Below, piece by piece: positions 19,942 through 30,544 of a stretch of DNA of 64,000 bases. Below the pieces are notes generated by a model that searched no databases, was not told where the DNA came from, and saw only the letters and a program-made list of their open reading frames with translations. Source of the stretch: a bacterium (GTDB lineage: Bacteria > Bacteroidota > Ignavibacteria > UBA10030); the NCBI GenBank assembly GCA_043803945.1, contig JAZDJN010000016.1, forward strand, positions 160,001-224,000, in the 5' to 3' direction. Within the stretch, counting starts at the first letter, position 1, and the number at the start of each line of letters is the position of its first letter. A program made the translations under genes and the position numbers.

Positions 19942-21084
19942 TCACACTGTGATTGTATTTTCCCGTTTCATGGCATCCACAAATTGGCGGAAGAGATAAT
20001 CGCTATCGTGCGGTCCGGGCGATGCTTCGGGGTGATATTGAACGCTGAAGATCGGCAACTCCTTATGACGTAATCCTTCATTCGTTCCATCATTTAAATT
20101 CTGATGGGTAATCTGGATGTAGTTCTCATCGAGGGATGCAGGATCGACGGCGAAACCATGATTCTGAGATGTAATTTCTATTTCGTTCGAAAGAAGATTC
20201 TTTACCGGGTGATTCGCTCCCCTGTGCCCAAACTTGAGTTTAAATGTTTTCCCCCCTAATGCGAGCGCCAGAAGTTGATGGCCCAGGCAGATTCCGAAAA
20301 TTGGTTTTTCCCCGATCAATTGTTGAATAGAAGAAATTGCATAGGTAACTGCAGAAGGGTCCCCTGGGCCATTGGAAAGAAAAATTCCATCAGGTTCTAA
20401 TTTCAGTACCTCTTCTGCAGAATAAGAAGCGGGCACGATGGTCAAGTCGCAGCCATACATTCGAAGGCGTCTGAGAATATTGTATTTCACGCCAAAATCG
20501 AACACTACCACTTTCCACCGGCTATCGTCACAAGCATTTCCGGGGCGTGGTTCCAGAGCAAATGGGGTGCGATCAATTTCCTCCCAATGATATGTCACCG
20601 ATGTTGTGACATTCTTGGTGAGATCCAATCCAGCCATATGTGGTGCATTTCTTGCCTTCTCAATGAGACTTGTGTCATCAAGGTCATCAGTGGAAATAAT
20701 CCCACGCATCGCTCCGGTGGTTCTGATCATCTTTGTCAACATCCGGGTGTCGATTCCCTGAAGTGCTATAATATTATGCCGTATTAGCCAGGATCCAAGA
20801 CTTTCATTTGCCCGGAAATTGCTGTAATAATCGAAATACTCCTTCACAATAAATCCGGCAACCTGTACCTTTGTTGATTCGAGATCTTGAATATTCACAC
20901 CATAATTGCCAATCAATGGATATGTCATTGTAACAATCTGTCCGGCATAAGAGGGATCCGTTAAAATTTCCTGATAGCCCGTCATACTAGTGTTAAAGAC
21001 CACCTCTCCTGTTATCTCTCCCCGGGCTCCAAAATTCTCTCCGGTAAAGACAACGCCATTCTCTAGGGCGAGTTTTGCTTTCAA
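19942..21084 (-). CDS. carA: Carbamoyl-phosphate synthase small subunit
   Basis: [44 protein letters not shown]. Confidence 0.97.
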   Translation of the reverse strand: MKAKLALENGVVFTGENFGARGEITGEVVFNTSMTGYQEILTDPSYAGQIVTMTYPLIGNYGVNIQDLESTKVQVAGFIVKEYFDYYSNFRANESLGSWLIRHNIIALQGIDTRMLTKMIRTTGAMRGIISTDDLDDTSLIEKARNAPHMAGLDLTKNVTTSVTYHWEEIDRTPFALEPRPGNACDDSRWKVVVFDFGVKYNILRRLRMYGCDLTIVPASYSAEEVLKLEPDGIFLSNGPGDPSAVTYAISSIQQLIGEKPIFGICLGHQLLALALGGKTFKLKFGHRGANHPVKNLLSNEIEITSQNHGFAVDPASLDENYIQITHQNLNDGTNEGLRHKELPIFSVQYHPEASPGPHDSDYLFRQFVDAMKRENTITV

Positions 21085-21124
21085 AATCCTGATATCCTTT
21101 CGTGGATTGAATGTATTTTAATTA

Positions 21125-21153
21125 AAGATACCAAGTTTTGCATGCCGAATCAA
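21125..21153 (-). promoter_or_regulatory. carA promoter TTGATT-N17-TATCTT
   Basis: Same motif and spacing as other promoters in the window. Confidence 0.55.
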
Positions 21154-21233
21154 TAAAAGGAGAAATCGCTGGTGATAATTTCAATTTATGTTTGTTTAAT
21201 TAAGAAGGACTTTTGTTGCTCAACCAGTTCATT

Positions 21234-21312
21234 GGAGGTCTATGCGGTTATGGTTGCGGGTAGTGGTGGACGAGAACATAAGCACCCCATTACATTACTT
21301 CTGTTACCTTGA
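21234..21312 (+). pseudogene. 5' relic resembling purD (VMVAGSGGREH) behind a GGAGG RBS
   Basis: ATG 21250 reads MVAGSGGREHKHPITLLLLP*; GSGGREH is the PurD N-terminal signature. Confidence 0.5.
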
Positions 21313-21337
21313 CTTGTGAGCTAAAAATTGATATTAT
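21309..21337 (+). promoter_or_regulatory. hrcA operon promoter TTGACT-N17-TATTAT
   Basis: Near-consensus hexamers, 17-bp spacer, 25 bp before the hrcA ATG. Confidence 0.7.
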
Positions 21338-21362
21338 TTATATAATTTTATGAGGTTTTTCA

Positions 21363-22409
21363 ATGATTTCTAATCCAAATGGGCTGGACTTAAACGATCG
21401 CGAGAAGGATATACTCCGACACGTCGTTTATAATTATATCCAGACAGCTACACCGATTGGCTCGCGGTATATTTCGAAGCGCTCTGCTTCCACATTAAGT
21501 CCGGCGACAATTCGGAATTCCATGGCCGATTTGGAGGAACGCGGTTTTCTCTTCCACCCCCATACCTCGGCAGGAAGAGTACCCACCGATCTGGGATATC
21601 GGTTCTATATCGAGTTTTTAATGGAGGTCCAGCAATTATCAGATCGGCAGAAACTCGAGATCGCCCAGCAGCTCGATCTTGTGACAGAACAGGAGACCCT
21701 CCTTCGCGAAACCTCAAAAATTCTTGGGAAGATCTCGAAACAATTAAGCATCGTCGCTTCACCCCACATCTCCAGTGGAATCTTTGAGCGCCTGGAGCTC
21801 ATTCCGATCTCCAGCGTCAAGTTACTCGTGGTTATGTCCATTCGCTCCGGATTGGTGAAGACGATCATGCTCGAAGTCAGGATAGAACTACCTCGGCAGC
21901 GCCTTGAAAATATTGCACGAATTCTCAACGAGCGGCTGAACGGCCTCTCCCTAGAGCAAATCCGCAACTCGTTCCCCGAACGAATCAAAGACCTTCAGGA
22001 TCAGGAATCAGGGCTTATTCGACTTTTTATTGATTCCGTCGATATCTTATTTAGCGATGCGATTAATCGAGACAAGGTACATATTTCGGGCGCTCAGAAT
22101 ATTATCGATCAACCCGAATTTATCGATCCAAAGAAATTTCGAAGCGTGATTGAACTGATTGAAAATAACGAACTCATCGTTCACCTCCTCGAGAAACATG
22201 AAGAGATCGATTCTAAATACACTGTGACCATTGGGACAGAAAATGAGGAGACCAAAGCCACAGAATATAGTTTTGTTTCGGGTACATATGATGTTCAGGG
22301 ATTGAAAGGGAGAATCGGCGTCATGGGTCCAAAGCGGATGGATTACGCCAAAGTGATTCCATTGGTGGATTATGTTGCAAAGACGATCGCAAGGATTTTG
22401 AGTGAATAA
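21363..22409 (+). CDS. hrcA: Heat-inducible transcription repressor
   Basis: LSPATIRNSMADLEE.G.L.HPHTSAGRVPTD.GYR and GVMGPKRMDY. Confidence 0.97.
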   Translation: MISNPNGLDLNDREKDILRHVVYNYIQTATPIGSRYISKRSASTLSPATIRNSMADLEERGFLFHPHTSAGRVPTDLGYRFYIEFLMEVQQLSDRQKLEIAQQLDLVTEQETLLRETSKILGKISKQLSIVASPHISSGIFERLELIPISSVKLLVVMSIRSGLVKTIMLEVRIELPRQRLENIARILNERLNGLSLEQIRNSFPERIKDLQDQESGLIRLFIDSVDILFSDAINRDKVHISGAQNIIDQPEFIDPKKFRSVIELIENNELIVHLLEKHEEIDSKYTVTIGTENEETKATEYSFVSGTYDVQGLKGRIGVMGPKRMDYAKVIPLVDYVAKTIARILSE

Positions 22410-22443
22410 ATTTCAGGGATTTGTTGAACAATTGAGAAGGATC

Positions 22444-23073
22444 ATGCCAGAACAAGAGAAAGAACAGAACGAGGTTTTACCAGATTCAAACAATCAGACA
22501 ACTCAGGAAGGTGCAGCAGAACAAACGCAGCCATCTGAATTAGAAAAAAAACTTTCCGAAGCTGAAAAACAAATTGAATCCTATAAGGATCTCCTTCTTC
22601 GCAAAGCTGCAGAATTTGAGAATTTCAAGAGGAGAACAGAAAACGAGACAGCGTCCATCATTAGATTTGCAAAAGTTGATTTGATCAGCGACATACTTCC
22701 CATTGCTGATGATTTTGAACGATCAATGAAGTTAGGAAACAACCAGAAAGAATCAGAAGCGTTCAAAAAAGGGATTGAGCTTATCTATCAGAAGCTCTTA
22801 AAGCTGCTCGAGTCACAGGACGTGAAACCTATGGATTGCCTCGGCAAAGAGTTTAATGTCGATTTTCATGATGCATTAATGCAGATTCCACGGGAGGATG
22901 TGGCTCCTCATACCATCGTTGAGGAAGTTGAAAAGGGGTATTTTCTCCATGATAAGGTCATCCGGCATGCAAAGGTTGTCGTCTCGACAAGTCCCCCTGA
23001 GGACGCTCCCGGACAACAACCCGACACTAATGCTGTTGCCGACCAGGTGAACAGTCAGAATAATGGAGCATAG
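22444..23073 (+). CDS. grpE: Nucleotide exchange factor GrpE
   Basis: LRKAAEFENFKRR, FHDALMQ, KGYFLHDKVIRHAKVVV; ATG 22444 chosen (ORF track 22402). Confidence 0.96.
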   Translation: MPEQEKEQNEVLPDSNNQTTQEGAAEQTQPSELEKKLSEAEKQIESYKDLLLRKAAEFENFKRRTENETASIIRFAKVDLISDILPIADDFERSMKLGNNQKESEAFKKGIELIYQKLLKLLESQDVKPMDCLGKEFNVDFHDALMQIPREDVAPHTIVEEVEKGYFLHDKVIRHAKVVVSTSPPEDAPGQQPDTNAVADQVNSQNNGA

Positions 23074-23082
23074 TATCCTCTT

Positions 23083-24255
23083 ATGACAAAACGTGACTTT
23101 TATGAAGTATTGGGAGTTGGAAAAAATGCAAGCCCCGAGGAGATTAAGAAGGCCTACCGCCAACTCGCGTTGAAGCACCATCCCGATCGGAATCCAAGCA
23201 ACACAGAAGCAGAAGATAAATTTAAGGAAGCTGCGGAAGCGTACGAAGTACTCAGCGATCCCGAGAAAAAACAACGATACGATCAATTTGGTCATGCAGG
23301 AATGCGTGGTACAAATTATCGGGATTTCACCGACATCAATGATATTTTCTCAACCTTCGGAGACATATTTGGCGGAGGATTCGGCGGATCCGTGTTTGAA
23401 GAGATGTTTACTGGCGGATCACGTTCACGGCGTCGACGGTCATCACATCAGGGAATTCCGGGTTCTGATCTTAAGATCAAACTATCGCTGACAATGGAAG
23501 AAATCTCCACCGGCGTTGAGAAGAAGGTTAAAGTTAAGAAACAGAAGAAATGTGATGTCTGTAACGGCTCCGGAGCACGCGCAAGTTCCGGGACAACCTC
23601 TTGCCCGCAATGTAATGGCACTGGCGAATTGCGCCAGGTTTCTCGCTCAATGTTCGGGCAATTCGTTAACATCAGTTCATGTCCAACCTGTAATGGCGAA
23701 GGTCAAATCGTCAAGGATCCATGCACGAATTGCCATGGTGAGGGTCGGGTGCAGGGAGAATCCACAATCAAGGTGAATGTTCCCGCCGGTGTCTCCGGGG
23801 GAAATTATATTCCACTCTCCGGTCAGGGCAACGCCGGACAGCGAGGAGGACAACCCGGCGACCTTCTCGTGTTCATGGAGGAGGAGCAACATCGGTTTTT
23901 CACACGCAATGGAGACGATGTGGTTTATGATCTCAATATCAGTTTCCCCATGGCGACACTTGGCGGCGAAGTTGAAATTCCGACATTGACAGGGAAAGCC
24001 AAATTAGTGATCGAAGCGGGTACTCCGGCTGGAAGAATGTTGCGCATGCGCGATCGGGGAATTCCGCATCTCAATAGCTACGGCCGCGGGGATCAAATCG
24101 TACGGATCACTATCTGGGTTCCTGAACACCTGACGAGCAAGGAAAAGCAATTGATAAAACAGCTGGCGGAATGTGAACACATTACGCCCAATGAAGAAGA
24201 GCGCAACGCACGATCGAAAAGTTTCTTCGACAAAATGAAAGATGCTTTTTCCTAG
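23083..24255 (+). CDS. dnaJ: Chaperone DnaJ
   Basis: J domain with HPD, G/F-rich region, four CxxCxGxG repeats. Confidence 0.98.
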   Translation: MTKRDFYEVLGVGKNASPEEIKKAYRQLALKHHPDRNPSNTEAEDKFKEAAEAYEVLSDPEKKQRYDQFGHAGMRGTNYRDFTDINDIFSTFGDIFGGGFGGSVFEEMFTGGSRSRRRRSSHQGIPGSDLKIKLSLTMEEISTGVEKKVKVKKQKKCDVCNGSGARASSGTTSCPQCNGTGELRQVSRSMFGQFVNISSCPTCNGEGQIVKDPCTNCHGEGRVQGESTIKVNVPAGVSGGNYIPLSGQGNAGQRGGQPGDLLVFMEEEQHRFFTRNGDDVVYDLNISFPMATLGGEVEIPTLTGKAKLVIEAGTPAGRMLRMRDRGIPHLNSYGRGDQIVRITIWVPEHLTSKEKQLIKQLAECEHITPNEEERNARSKSFFDKMKDAFS

Positions 24256-24261
24256 GAGCCT

Positions 24262-24684
24262 ATGTTTCAGCGAGCAAAAGATCTTCTCGCCTTAACGGCA
24301 ACGGAACAGAAGGTCATCCTGTTTCTCTCTGCAACATTTATCATTGGTGCGGGAATCAAATTCTATACTGGTGCTACTTCCGAGAATATTGGATTCGATT
24401 ACCGTGCATCAGACAGTACGTTCACCGCATTGAGCGCCGCATTCAATCGTGACACAGCATCCATTCGTTTGTCTTTGAAGGAAGCAGCTTCACCATTGAA
24501 TATTAATACCGCTTCCCTCGAAGAACTGATCCAACTGCCAGGAATCGGCAGCGTAACGGCAAAGCGAATCCTCGTTTTCCGGCAGGAACATGGCAAGCTG
24601 ACATCTCTCGATGAATTAACGGCAATAAAGGGGATCAGCCAGAAGAAACTTGATAAGCTTAGACCTCTGCTTCGTATCCGTTAA
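24262..24684 (+). CDS. ComEA-family helix-hairpin-helix DNA-binding protein
   Basis: N-terminal TM; LNINTASLEELIQLPGIG...A.RI...R...G...IKGI. Confidence 0.9.
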   Translation: MFQRAKDLLALTATEQKVILFLSATFIIGAGIKFYTGATSENIGFDYRASDSTFTALSAAFNRDTASIRLSLKEAASPLNINTASLEELIQLPGIGSVTAKRILVFRQEHGKLTSLDELTAIKGISQKKLDKLRPLLRIR

Positions 24685-24722
24685 ATTGGCGGAGGATCCT
24701 TCACCACAATGAATCGAAATTT

Positions 24723-25646
24723 ATGAAAACGAACATTCATATTGGGCTCTCATTCCTCCAGGGGAATATGCAGCTTGCCGAAATTGAGCATGGAAAAAAA
24801 GAGACAACGCTGGTCGCTTTGAACGAACAACCTACCTCGATGGATTTTGGGCATGCAAGTGTGACGTTAAGCCCTGATCATCCTCAATTGGAGACATTCT
24901 GCGATGAATTGAAGGATTTCTTGAAACAAGCAAAAGTTCATTCAAAACTCATTTCGTTCGCACTGCCAACAGATCCGATGCTTATTTCTGTCCTTCCAGT
25001 TGATGCGGCCCTGTCACCGGCTGATATCAAGCCTCATCTGCAATGGGAGCTTGAACAACACTTTCCCAACTCGCCGGCCAAAGACTATGTCATTGATCAT
25101 CACCCGCTCCCTGGAGCCGATCCCGCAACAAAATCCATGTTTGTCGTTGCTGTCCACCGCGGGATTGTCGGGTTTTTAAAAAATGCCGTCACAAAATTGA
25201 AATTGCAGCTCCATGCGATCGATATCGATCAATTCAGCACTGAACGATCAATTCGATTCAATTATCCTGAACTGGTGAAGGCAAAACCACTGTTGATTGG
25301 TGCGAAATATGGAAGAACAGATATTAGTCTCCTGGTGAACGGAGAAGCAGTGGAGTATCGCAGCTTCCCCCGGAAAGCTGATCAAGATTTCAAGAACTCG
25401 ATTCAAGCATTCATTCAATATGTGCGCGATAAAGGGATTCTGGAGACACCGACAAAATTGGTCGTGTATGGATCGGAGTTCTCTAAGGATCTTCTCGGTC
25501 AAGTTCAGCGTGAGACCGGCGTTGGGGTCGAGATCAGTTCCTCTATTCGCAAACTCTCGTTGAATAAAAAACTGCCTGAAGAAAATCTGAAGGAGAGCTA
25601 CCGTTTTGCCCCTGCAATTGGATTGGCATTACGGACACCTGCATGA
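24723..25646 (+). CDS. PilM-like (actin-fold) pilus/competence assembly protein
   Basis: HLQWELEQHFP...YVIDH, AIDIDQF, C-terminal FAPAIGLALR typical of PilM. Confidence 0.65.
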   Translation: MKTNIHIGLSFLQGNMQLAEIEHGKKETTLVALNEQPTSMDFGHASVTLSPDHPQLETFCDELKDFLKQAKVHSKLISFALPTDPMLISVLPVDAALSPADIKPHLQWELEQHFPNSPAKDYVIDHHPLPGADPATKSMFVVAVHRGIVGFLKNAVTKLKLQLHAIDIDQFSTERSIRFNYPELVKAKPLLIGAKYGRTDISLLVNGEAVEYRSFPRKADQDFKNSIQAFIQYVRDKGILETPTKLVVYGSEFSKDLLGQVQRETGVGVEISSSIRKLSLNKKLPEENLKESYRFAPAIGLALRTPA

Positions 25647-26203
25647 GAATCATCAGTGGTGAATTTCGTGGACGCATCCTTTCGAGTGCTCGTGACCACT
25701 CCATTCGCCCGACGACTGATCGTGCCAAACAAACGATTTTTGATATTCTCTCAAATCGTATTGACCTGGAAGATCTCATGGTCCTTGATCTTTTCGCCGG
25801 GAGTGGAAGCCTGGGATTGGAAGCACTCAGTCGCGGCGCACGTCACGTGGTGTTTATCGAGAAGAGTAAATCTTCCATCTCCATCTTGGAACAAAATATT
25901 CAATCGGTACACTGCGAACAGAGATCAACTGTGCACAGTGCAGATGTCTTCTGGTATCTCAAGCATACTTCCCAATCCTTCGATCTTATCTTCGCAGATC
26001 CACCGTATAAGCTCTTCACAATTGGTGAGATTCCCGACGCGATTTATCATTCCTCTGCATCGCGCGAAGGAAGCTACGTGGTCATGGAACACAGTAAGGA
26101 CTCATCCATGAATCTTTCGGAAGCAATGTATGAGATTACGAAAAAGCCCTTCGGGCAGACCACTGTCTTGATCCTCCATACAAAATCGAAAACTGCGCTG
26201 TGA
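25643..26203 (+). CDS. rsmD: 16S rRNA m2G966 methyltransferase
   Basis: [41 protein letters not shown]. Confidence 0.95.
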   Translation: MRIISGEFRGRILSSARDHSIRPTTDRAKQTIFDILSNRIDLEDLMVLDLFAGSGSLGLEALSRGARHVVFIEKSKSSISILEQNIQSVHCEQRSTVHSADVFWYLKHTSQSFDLIFADPPYKLFTIGEIPDAIYHSSASREGSYVVMEHSKDSSMNLSEAMYEITKKPFGQTTVLILHTKSKTAL

Positions 26204-26216
26204 TTCAGGAGCAAGT

Positions 26217-26720
26217 ATGAAAATTGCAATTTACCCTGGTACCTTTGACCCGATTACCAATGGCCACCTGGATATTCTGGAGCGGGCATTGAAGTTGTTC
26301 GATAAGGTGATTATCACCGTTGCTACCAATTCCACGAAAACCCCTTTGTTCAGTGAATCTGAACGACTCGCTATGATTAGGAAAGCGATTGCGGCATTCA
26401 ATAATGTTGAAGTTGACCTCTTTCACGGCCTCATGGTTTCTTACGCGCGTAAGAAGCACGCCACTGCGGTTGTCCGCGGACTTCGAGCCACCTCGGATTT
26501 TGAATACGAACTACAAATGGCCTTGATGAACAGAAAGCTTGATGATAAGATTGTCACCGTCTTCTTGATGCCGAATGAAAAATATACCTATCTGAACTCC
26601 AGCATTGTCAAAGAGATTGCCCGTCATGGCGGCAACGTTAAACAATTTGTTCCATCCTTTGTCCTTGAAGCCTTGAAGAAGAGGCTCTTTCCGACACAAA
26701 GAAAGAATAAACGGAGATAA
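26217..26720 (+). CDS. coaD: Pantetheine-phosphate adenylyltransferase
   Basis: [32 protein letters not shown]. Confidence 0.98.
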   Translation: MKIAIYPGTFDPITNGHLDILERALKLFDKVIITVATNSTKTPLFSESERLAMIRKAIAAFNNVEVDLFHGLMVSYARKKHATAVVRGLRATSDFEYELQMALMNRKLDDKIVTVFLMPNEKYTYLNSSIVKEIARHGGNVKQFVPSFVLEALKKRLFPTQRKNKRR

Positions 26721-27060
26721 ATTCAGAAAAACGAACAGCGACAGATCATCTGAAGTACATCCCTTCCTTTTCCCACCAGCCCATGGTCTTTTTTGATCTT
26801 CAATGAGATCGAACTCTATGGAGATCCTGAACTCTTGTTTTCATCAGTGTCACTTCTCCTTGCAGAAACGATGAAAATACATGTTGACTATCAAAATGAA
26901 GCAACGAGTCCAAACTGGAATTATTCGCGGGTAAGAGAGAGAATATTGTTGAAAGGAAAATTCGATGAAGGTGTTTTTTTCAAAGAAAGTATCCCAGGCA
27001 ATTATTTTGTATCTTTGAAGTACGGCGATTGAAACTACTGTTCCAAACTCGTTCACAACT

Positions 27061-27363
27061 ATGCCAACATACGAATACAAATGCATCGAATGCGGACACC
27101 TCTTTGAGGAGTTACACTCCATTACGGCTGATGCTCTTACCGATTGCCCGGCGTGCGGAAAACCTGCTTTGAAACGACTCTTCGCTGGTGGAACAGGGAT
27201 GATCTTTAAGGGAAGCGGTTTTTACCTTACGGATTACAAGAGTAACAGATCGAGTGCAAGTGAACCGTCGAAAACACCAACCCCGAAAAAGGAAACAATC
27301 CCTTCTGACAACAAATCCGGAAGTGCTCCTTCGACTCCTTCTACACCAAAAACGTCAGAATAA
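27061..27363 (+). CDS. FmdB-family zinc-ribbon protein
   Basis: MPTYEYKC..CGH.FE...CPACG...FKGSGFY.TDY plus S/T/P/K-rich tail. Confidence 0.93.
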   Translation: MPTYEYKCIECGHLFEELHSITADALTDCPACGKPALKRLFAGGTGMIFKGSGFYLTDYKSNRSSASEPSKTPTPKKETIPSDNKSGSAPSTPSTPKTSE

Positions 27364-27391
27364 AAAGGGCGACTGAGAAGTCGCCCTTTTT
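27362..27391. terminator. Bidirectional intrinsic terminator between convergent fmdB-like gene and pckA
   Basis: AAAAAGGGCGACT-GAGA-AGTCGCCCTTTTT perfect inverted repeat. Confidence 0.9.
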
Positions 27392-27392
27392 G

Positions 27393-29033
27393 TTAAATCT
27401 TCGGCCCTGCCTTAATGACCTCGGGTGGGCAACCCTCCTCGAACTTCTTAAAGTTTTCAATAAATCGCATAGCCAGTTGACGATATTTCTGCATATAAAC
27501 ATCTTTGCTGGGCCACGATGCGGAAGGATCGAGAATGTTGGCTGGGACCCCTTCACAGCTTTTTGGTACACTGAATCCGAACACAGGATCCGTTGTGTAT
27601 TCTACTCCAAGGAGTTCACCTGTGAGCGCTGCCTCGAGGAGGCGGCGTGTGTAGCCGATACTAATCCGTTTGCCGATACCATACGCGCCGCCGATCCAAC
27701 CGGTATTCACCAGCCAGCAATTTACACCATACCGTATGATCTTTCGTTTCAAGAGATCGGCATAAAACGATGGACGATGAACCATGAACGGAGCGCCAAA
27801 ACATGTACTGAATGTCATTTCCGGTTCTTTTCCTAAACCGACCTCCGTACCTGCAATCTTCGATGTATATCCTGAAATAAATTGATACATCGCCTGGTCA
27901 GGAGAGAGCTTGGCAATTGGCGGCATCACACCCGATGCATCGCACGTCAGCAGAATGACATTTTTCGGATGACTACCCATTTTTAATGGAACTGCATTGC
28001 TGATGTATTCCAATGGATAGGATGCTCTCGTATTCTCGGTGATCGATTCATCATCGAGATCGATGCGGCGTGTAACCGGGTCATACACCACATTTTCCAA
28101 AATTGTACCGAACATCCTGGTTGTGGCATAGATTTGCGGTTCCGCTGTGGGAGAAAGACGGATGACCTTTGCATAGCAACCGCCTTCAAAATTGAAGATC
28201 CCGTCGTCGCTCCAACCGTGTTCATCATCCCCGATCAATCCCCTCTTTGGATCGGCAGATAAGGTTGTCTTTCCTGTTCCAGAGAGGCCAAAGAAAATGG
28301 CGGTATCATTCTCTTTTCCGATGTTGGCAGAGCAATGCATTGGCATCACACCATCCAGGGGAAGCAGATAGTTGAGGATCGTAAAGATTGATTTCTTAAT
28401 CTCACCCGCATAGGCTGTATTGCCGATGATACAGAGCTTTTGAGAAAAGTTGAGAGTGATGAACGTATTCGTGGACGTACTATCGATCTGGGGAATCCCC
28501 TTAAAGGACGGCAATGCCAACACCGTAAATTCCGGGATATGACGCCGATATTCCTCATTCGTTTGGGGCAGGAGGAACATATTCCGGGCAAACAGCGCAT
28601 GCCAGGCTTGTTCGCAAATGATGCGGATGGGCATCCGATAATTTTTATCGGCACCGGCATAGCAATCCTGCACAAACACATCGCGACCCTGGAGAAATCC
28701 TTGCATCCGGTTATATAAATCGTTGAATTTATCCTGATCGAATGGGCGGTTATATTGCCCCCACCAGATATTCTCTTCTGTTGTTGGTTCCTTCACCACA
28801 AATTTATCATTGGCGGATCTTGCAGTATGCTTCCCGGTATTCGCCGCAATGGGACCCAGGTTTGTTATCCGTGCTTCTTTTCTAAAGGTAATTTCCTCAT
28901 AGAGAGCTTCCGTGGGAAGATTCCAGTACGCGAGGCGAAGGTTTGTGATCCCATGATTATCCAAACCGTAATCACTTTTCAGCGCAGAAGCTTCGCCCTG
29001 CGCCGGGGTTTTGATATCGAGTATGTTGTTCAT
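27393..29033 (-). CDS. pckA: Phosphoenolpyruvate carboxykinase (ATP)
   Basis: YAGEIKKS, MHCSAN, FFGLSGTGKTTLS, IGDDEHGW, NFEGGCYAK, TENTR. Confidence 0.98.
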   Translation of the reverse strand: MNNILDIKTPAQGEASALKSDYGLDNHGITNLRLAYWNLPTEALYEEITFRKEARITNLGPIAANTGKHTARSANDKFVVKEPTTEENIWWGQYNRPFDQDKFNDLYNRMQGFLQGRDVFVQDCYAGADKNYRMPIRIICEQAWHALFARNMFLLPQTNEEYRRHIPEFTVLALPSFKGIPQIDSTSTNTFITLNFSQKLCIIGNTAYAGEIKKSIFTILNYLLPLDGVMPMHCSANIGKENDTAIFFGLSGTGKTTLSADPKRGLIGDDEHGWSDDGIFNFEGGCYAKVIRLSPTAEPQIYATTRMFGTILENVVYDPVTRRIDLDDESITENTRASYPLEYISNAVPLKMGSHPKNVILLTCDASGVMPPIAKLSPDQAMYQFISGYTSKIAGTEVGLGKEPEMTFSTCFGAPFMVHRPSFYADLLKRKIIRYGVNCWLVNTGWIGGAYGIGKRISIGYTRRLLEAALTGELLGVEYTTDPVFGFSVPKSCEGVPANILDPSASWPSKDVYMQKYRQLAMRFIENFKKFEEGCPPEVIKAGPKI

Positions 29034-30247
29034 AGCCAGTCCCTCAAAAGTTTACGGTCACCAATATAAATTTCATTCGGTGAATTTGGATCGAGCGCCC
29101 ACTTGATTCGAGCGATGCCTTCTGTAATATCCTTTACGGTGGTTGCATAACTTAATCGCAAGTGCCCTTCCATCCCGAATTCCTTTCCCGGTACAACAAC
29201 AACTTTTGCCCGCTTGAGCAGCAATTCGGAAAGCTTGATGGAATCATTCGAATAGGCGCGGAAATCCGGTAAACAGTAGTAGGTACCCTTCGGTTTTGTT
29301 ATTCTGATGCCGTTAAAGGTTCTCAACTCCTGCATCATCACATTCCGATTATTCTCAAGGGTCAAACGGAGTGATTCAATGGCACTCTGTAATCCGGTCA
29401 GAGCACCCTCGGCCGCTGCCTGTGAGAGGACAGAAGTACACGTGGTGATCTGCCCCTGAACATTGGTCATAATCTTCACAAGCTCTTTGTTCGCAATAGC
29501 CCAACCGATACGAAATCCTGTCATCCCATACAGTTTCGAAACACCATTCACGGCGATGACATGAGTGGATTCAATATCCTTTGTTGTGAAATTATAACAT
29601 GAGGGTGTTGTAACTCCGTCGAAGACCAGCTTATGATAGATATCATCCATAATGAGATAGATGCCCTTCTTCTCGCAGAAGTCGACAATCTCTGCAATAA
29701 ATTCTGCTGGGTAGATGACACCGGAAGGATTGTTCGGGCTGTTGACAATAATCGCCTTTGTATAGGAGCTGACCGACCTTACGATATCCGACATTTTGGG
29801 ATAGAAGGATCCGTCTTCTGGCGTGACGATGACCGGAATACCGTAAACCATCTTGACCATTTCCGGATAACTCACCCAGTACGGTGCAAGAATCATTACC
29901 TCATCCTGAGGATTGACGAGGGAGTAGAGAATATTGTAGACCGATTGCTTAGCCCCGGCGGAAACAATGATATTTTCCGGAGAGACAATACGATTGTAAT
30001 TATCCTCTGTATACTTGATGATTGCCTTCTTCAGTGATGGCAGACCATCTGTGGGGATGTATTTGATATCCCCTGTATTCAGTTTTGCAGCCGAACTCAG
30101 AATAGCCGCAATGGGCGCTTTATTTTTTGGTTCACCGATACCAAGATGAATTACCGCTTCACCTTTTTCACGCAGCAAGCGCGCTTCTTCGTTCAATTTC
30201 AACGTCGGCGACTCGGCAATAGATCTTGCGAGTTGACTAACATTCAT
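29030..30247 (-). CDS. PLP-dependent class I/II aminotransferase (aspartate aminotransferase-like)
   Basis: NSPNNPSG, DDIY, SKLYGMTGFRIG, LRLSYA; 4-bp overlap with pckA. Confidence 0.92.
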   Translation of the reverse strand: MNVSQLARSIAESPTLKLNEEARLLREKGEAVIHLGIGEPKNKAPIAAILSSAAKLNTGDIKYIPTDGLPSLKKAIIKYTEDNYNRIVSPENIIVSAGAKQSVYNILYSLVNPQDEVMILAPYWVSYPEMVKMVYGIPVIVTPEDGSFYPKMSDIVRSVSSYTKAIIVNSPNNPSGVIYPAEFIAEIVDFCEKKGIYLIMDDIYHKLVFDGVTTPSCYNFTTKDIESTHVIAVNGVSKLYGMTGFRIGWAIANKELVKIMTNVQGQITTCTSVLSQAAAEGALTGLQSAIESLRLTLENNRNVMMQELRTFNGIRITKPKGTYYCLPDFRAYSNDSIKLSELLLKRAKVVVVPGKEFGMEGHLRLSYATTVKDITEGIARIKWALDPNSPNEIYIGDRKLLRDWL

Positions 30248-30378
30248 GATGACCTGCCTCCGTATTAAAAGTGTATTCGTTCAGTGATGTAGGCAATTGT
30301 TGTGCGCGTGAAAGCCACTTACCTGTGAACAATTCTCCGAGTTTTTTTTCAGGAAAGCAAGGAGATTTTGAAATAAAC

Positions 30379-30496
30379 GGAATAAATATTCCAGCTATTA
30401 TAATTAGCGTAAAAAACGCCGTATTTTTATTGTTTATTTTAGGTTTCTTACAAACATTTTTCAATGATAAAATATAATTTGGAATAAATATTCCAG
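30379..30496. promoter_or_regulatory. Two identical palindromic operator candidates, GGAATAAATATTCCAG (30379-30394, 30481-30496)
   Basis: 16-bp direct repeat whose core GGAATA-AA-TATTCC is an inverted repeat, in the A/T-rich region upstream of the aminotransferase-pckA operon. Confidence 0.65.
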
Positions 30497-30544
30497 ATGC
30501 GTCGCATCCTCTCAGCACGGTGGCACGATGGTCAGCGCGTGACT

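Noticed and set aside
26800-26861. Minus-strand AAGGAG plus MKTRVQDLHRVRSH*, recalling an AbrB/MazE antitoxin start
   Set aside because: Similarity covers six residues only and lacks the WGNS motif; no toxin nearby
26793-27032. 79-aa intergenic ORF after coaD
   Set aside because: TTG start without RBS, no motif; overlaps the likely promoter region of the fmdB-like gene
27390-27836. 148-aa ORF antisense to pckA
   Set aside because: Fully overlaps pckA and begins inside a terminator
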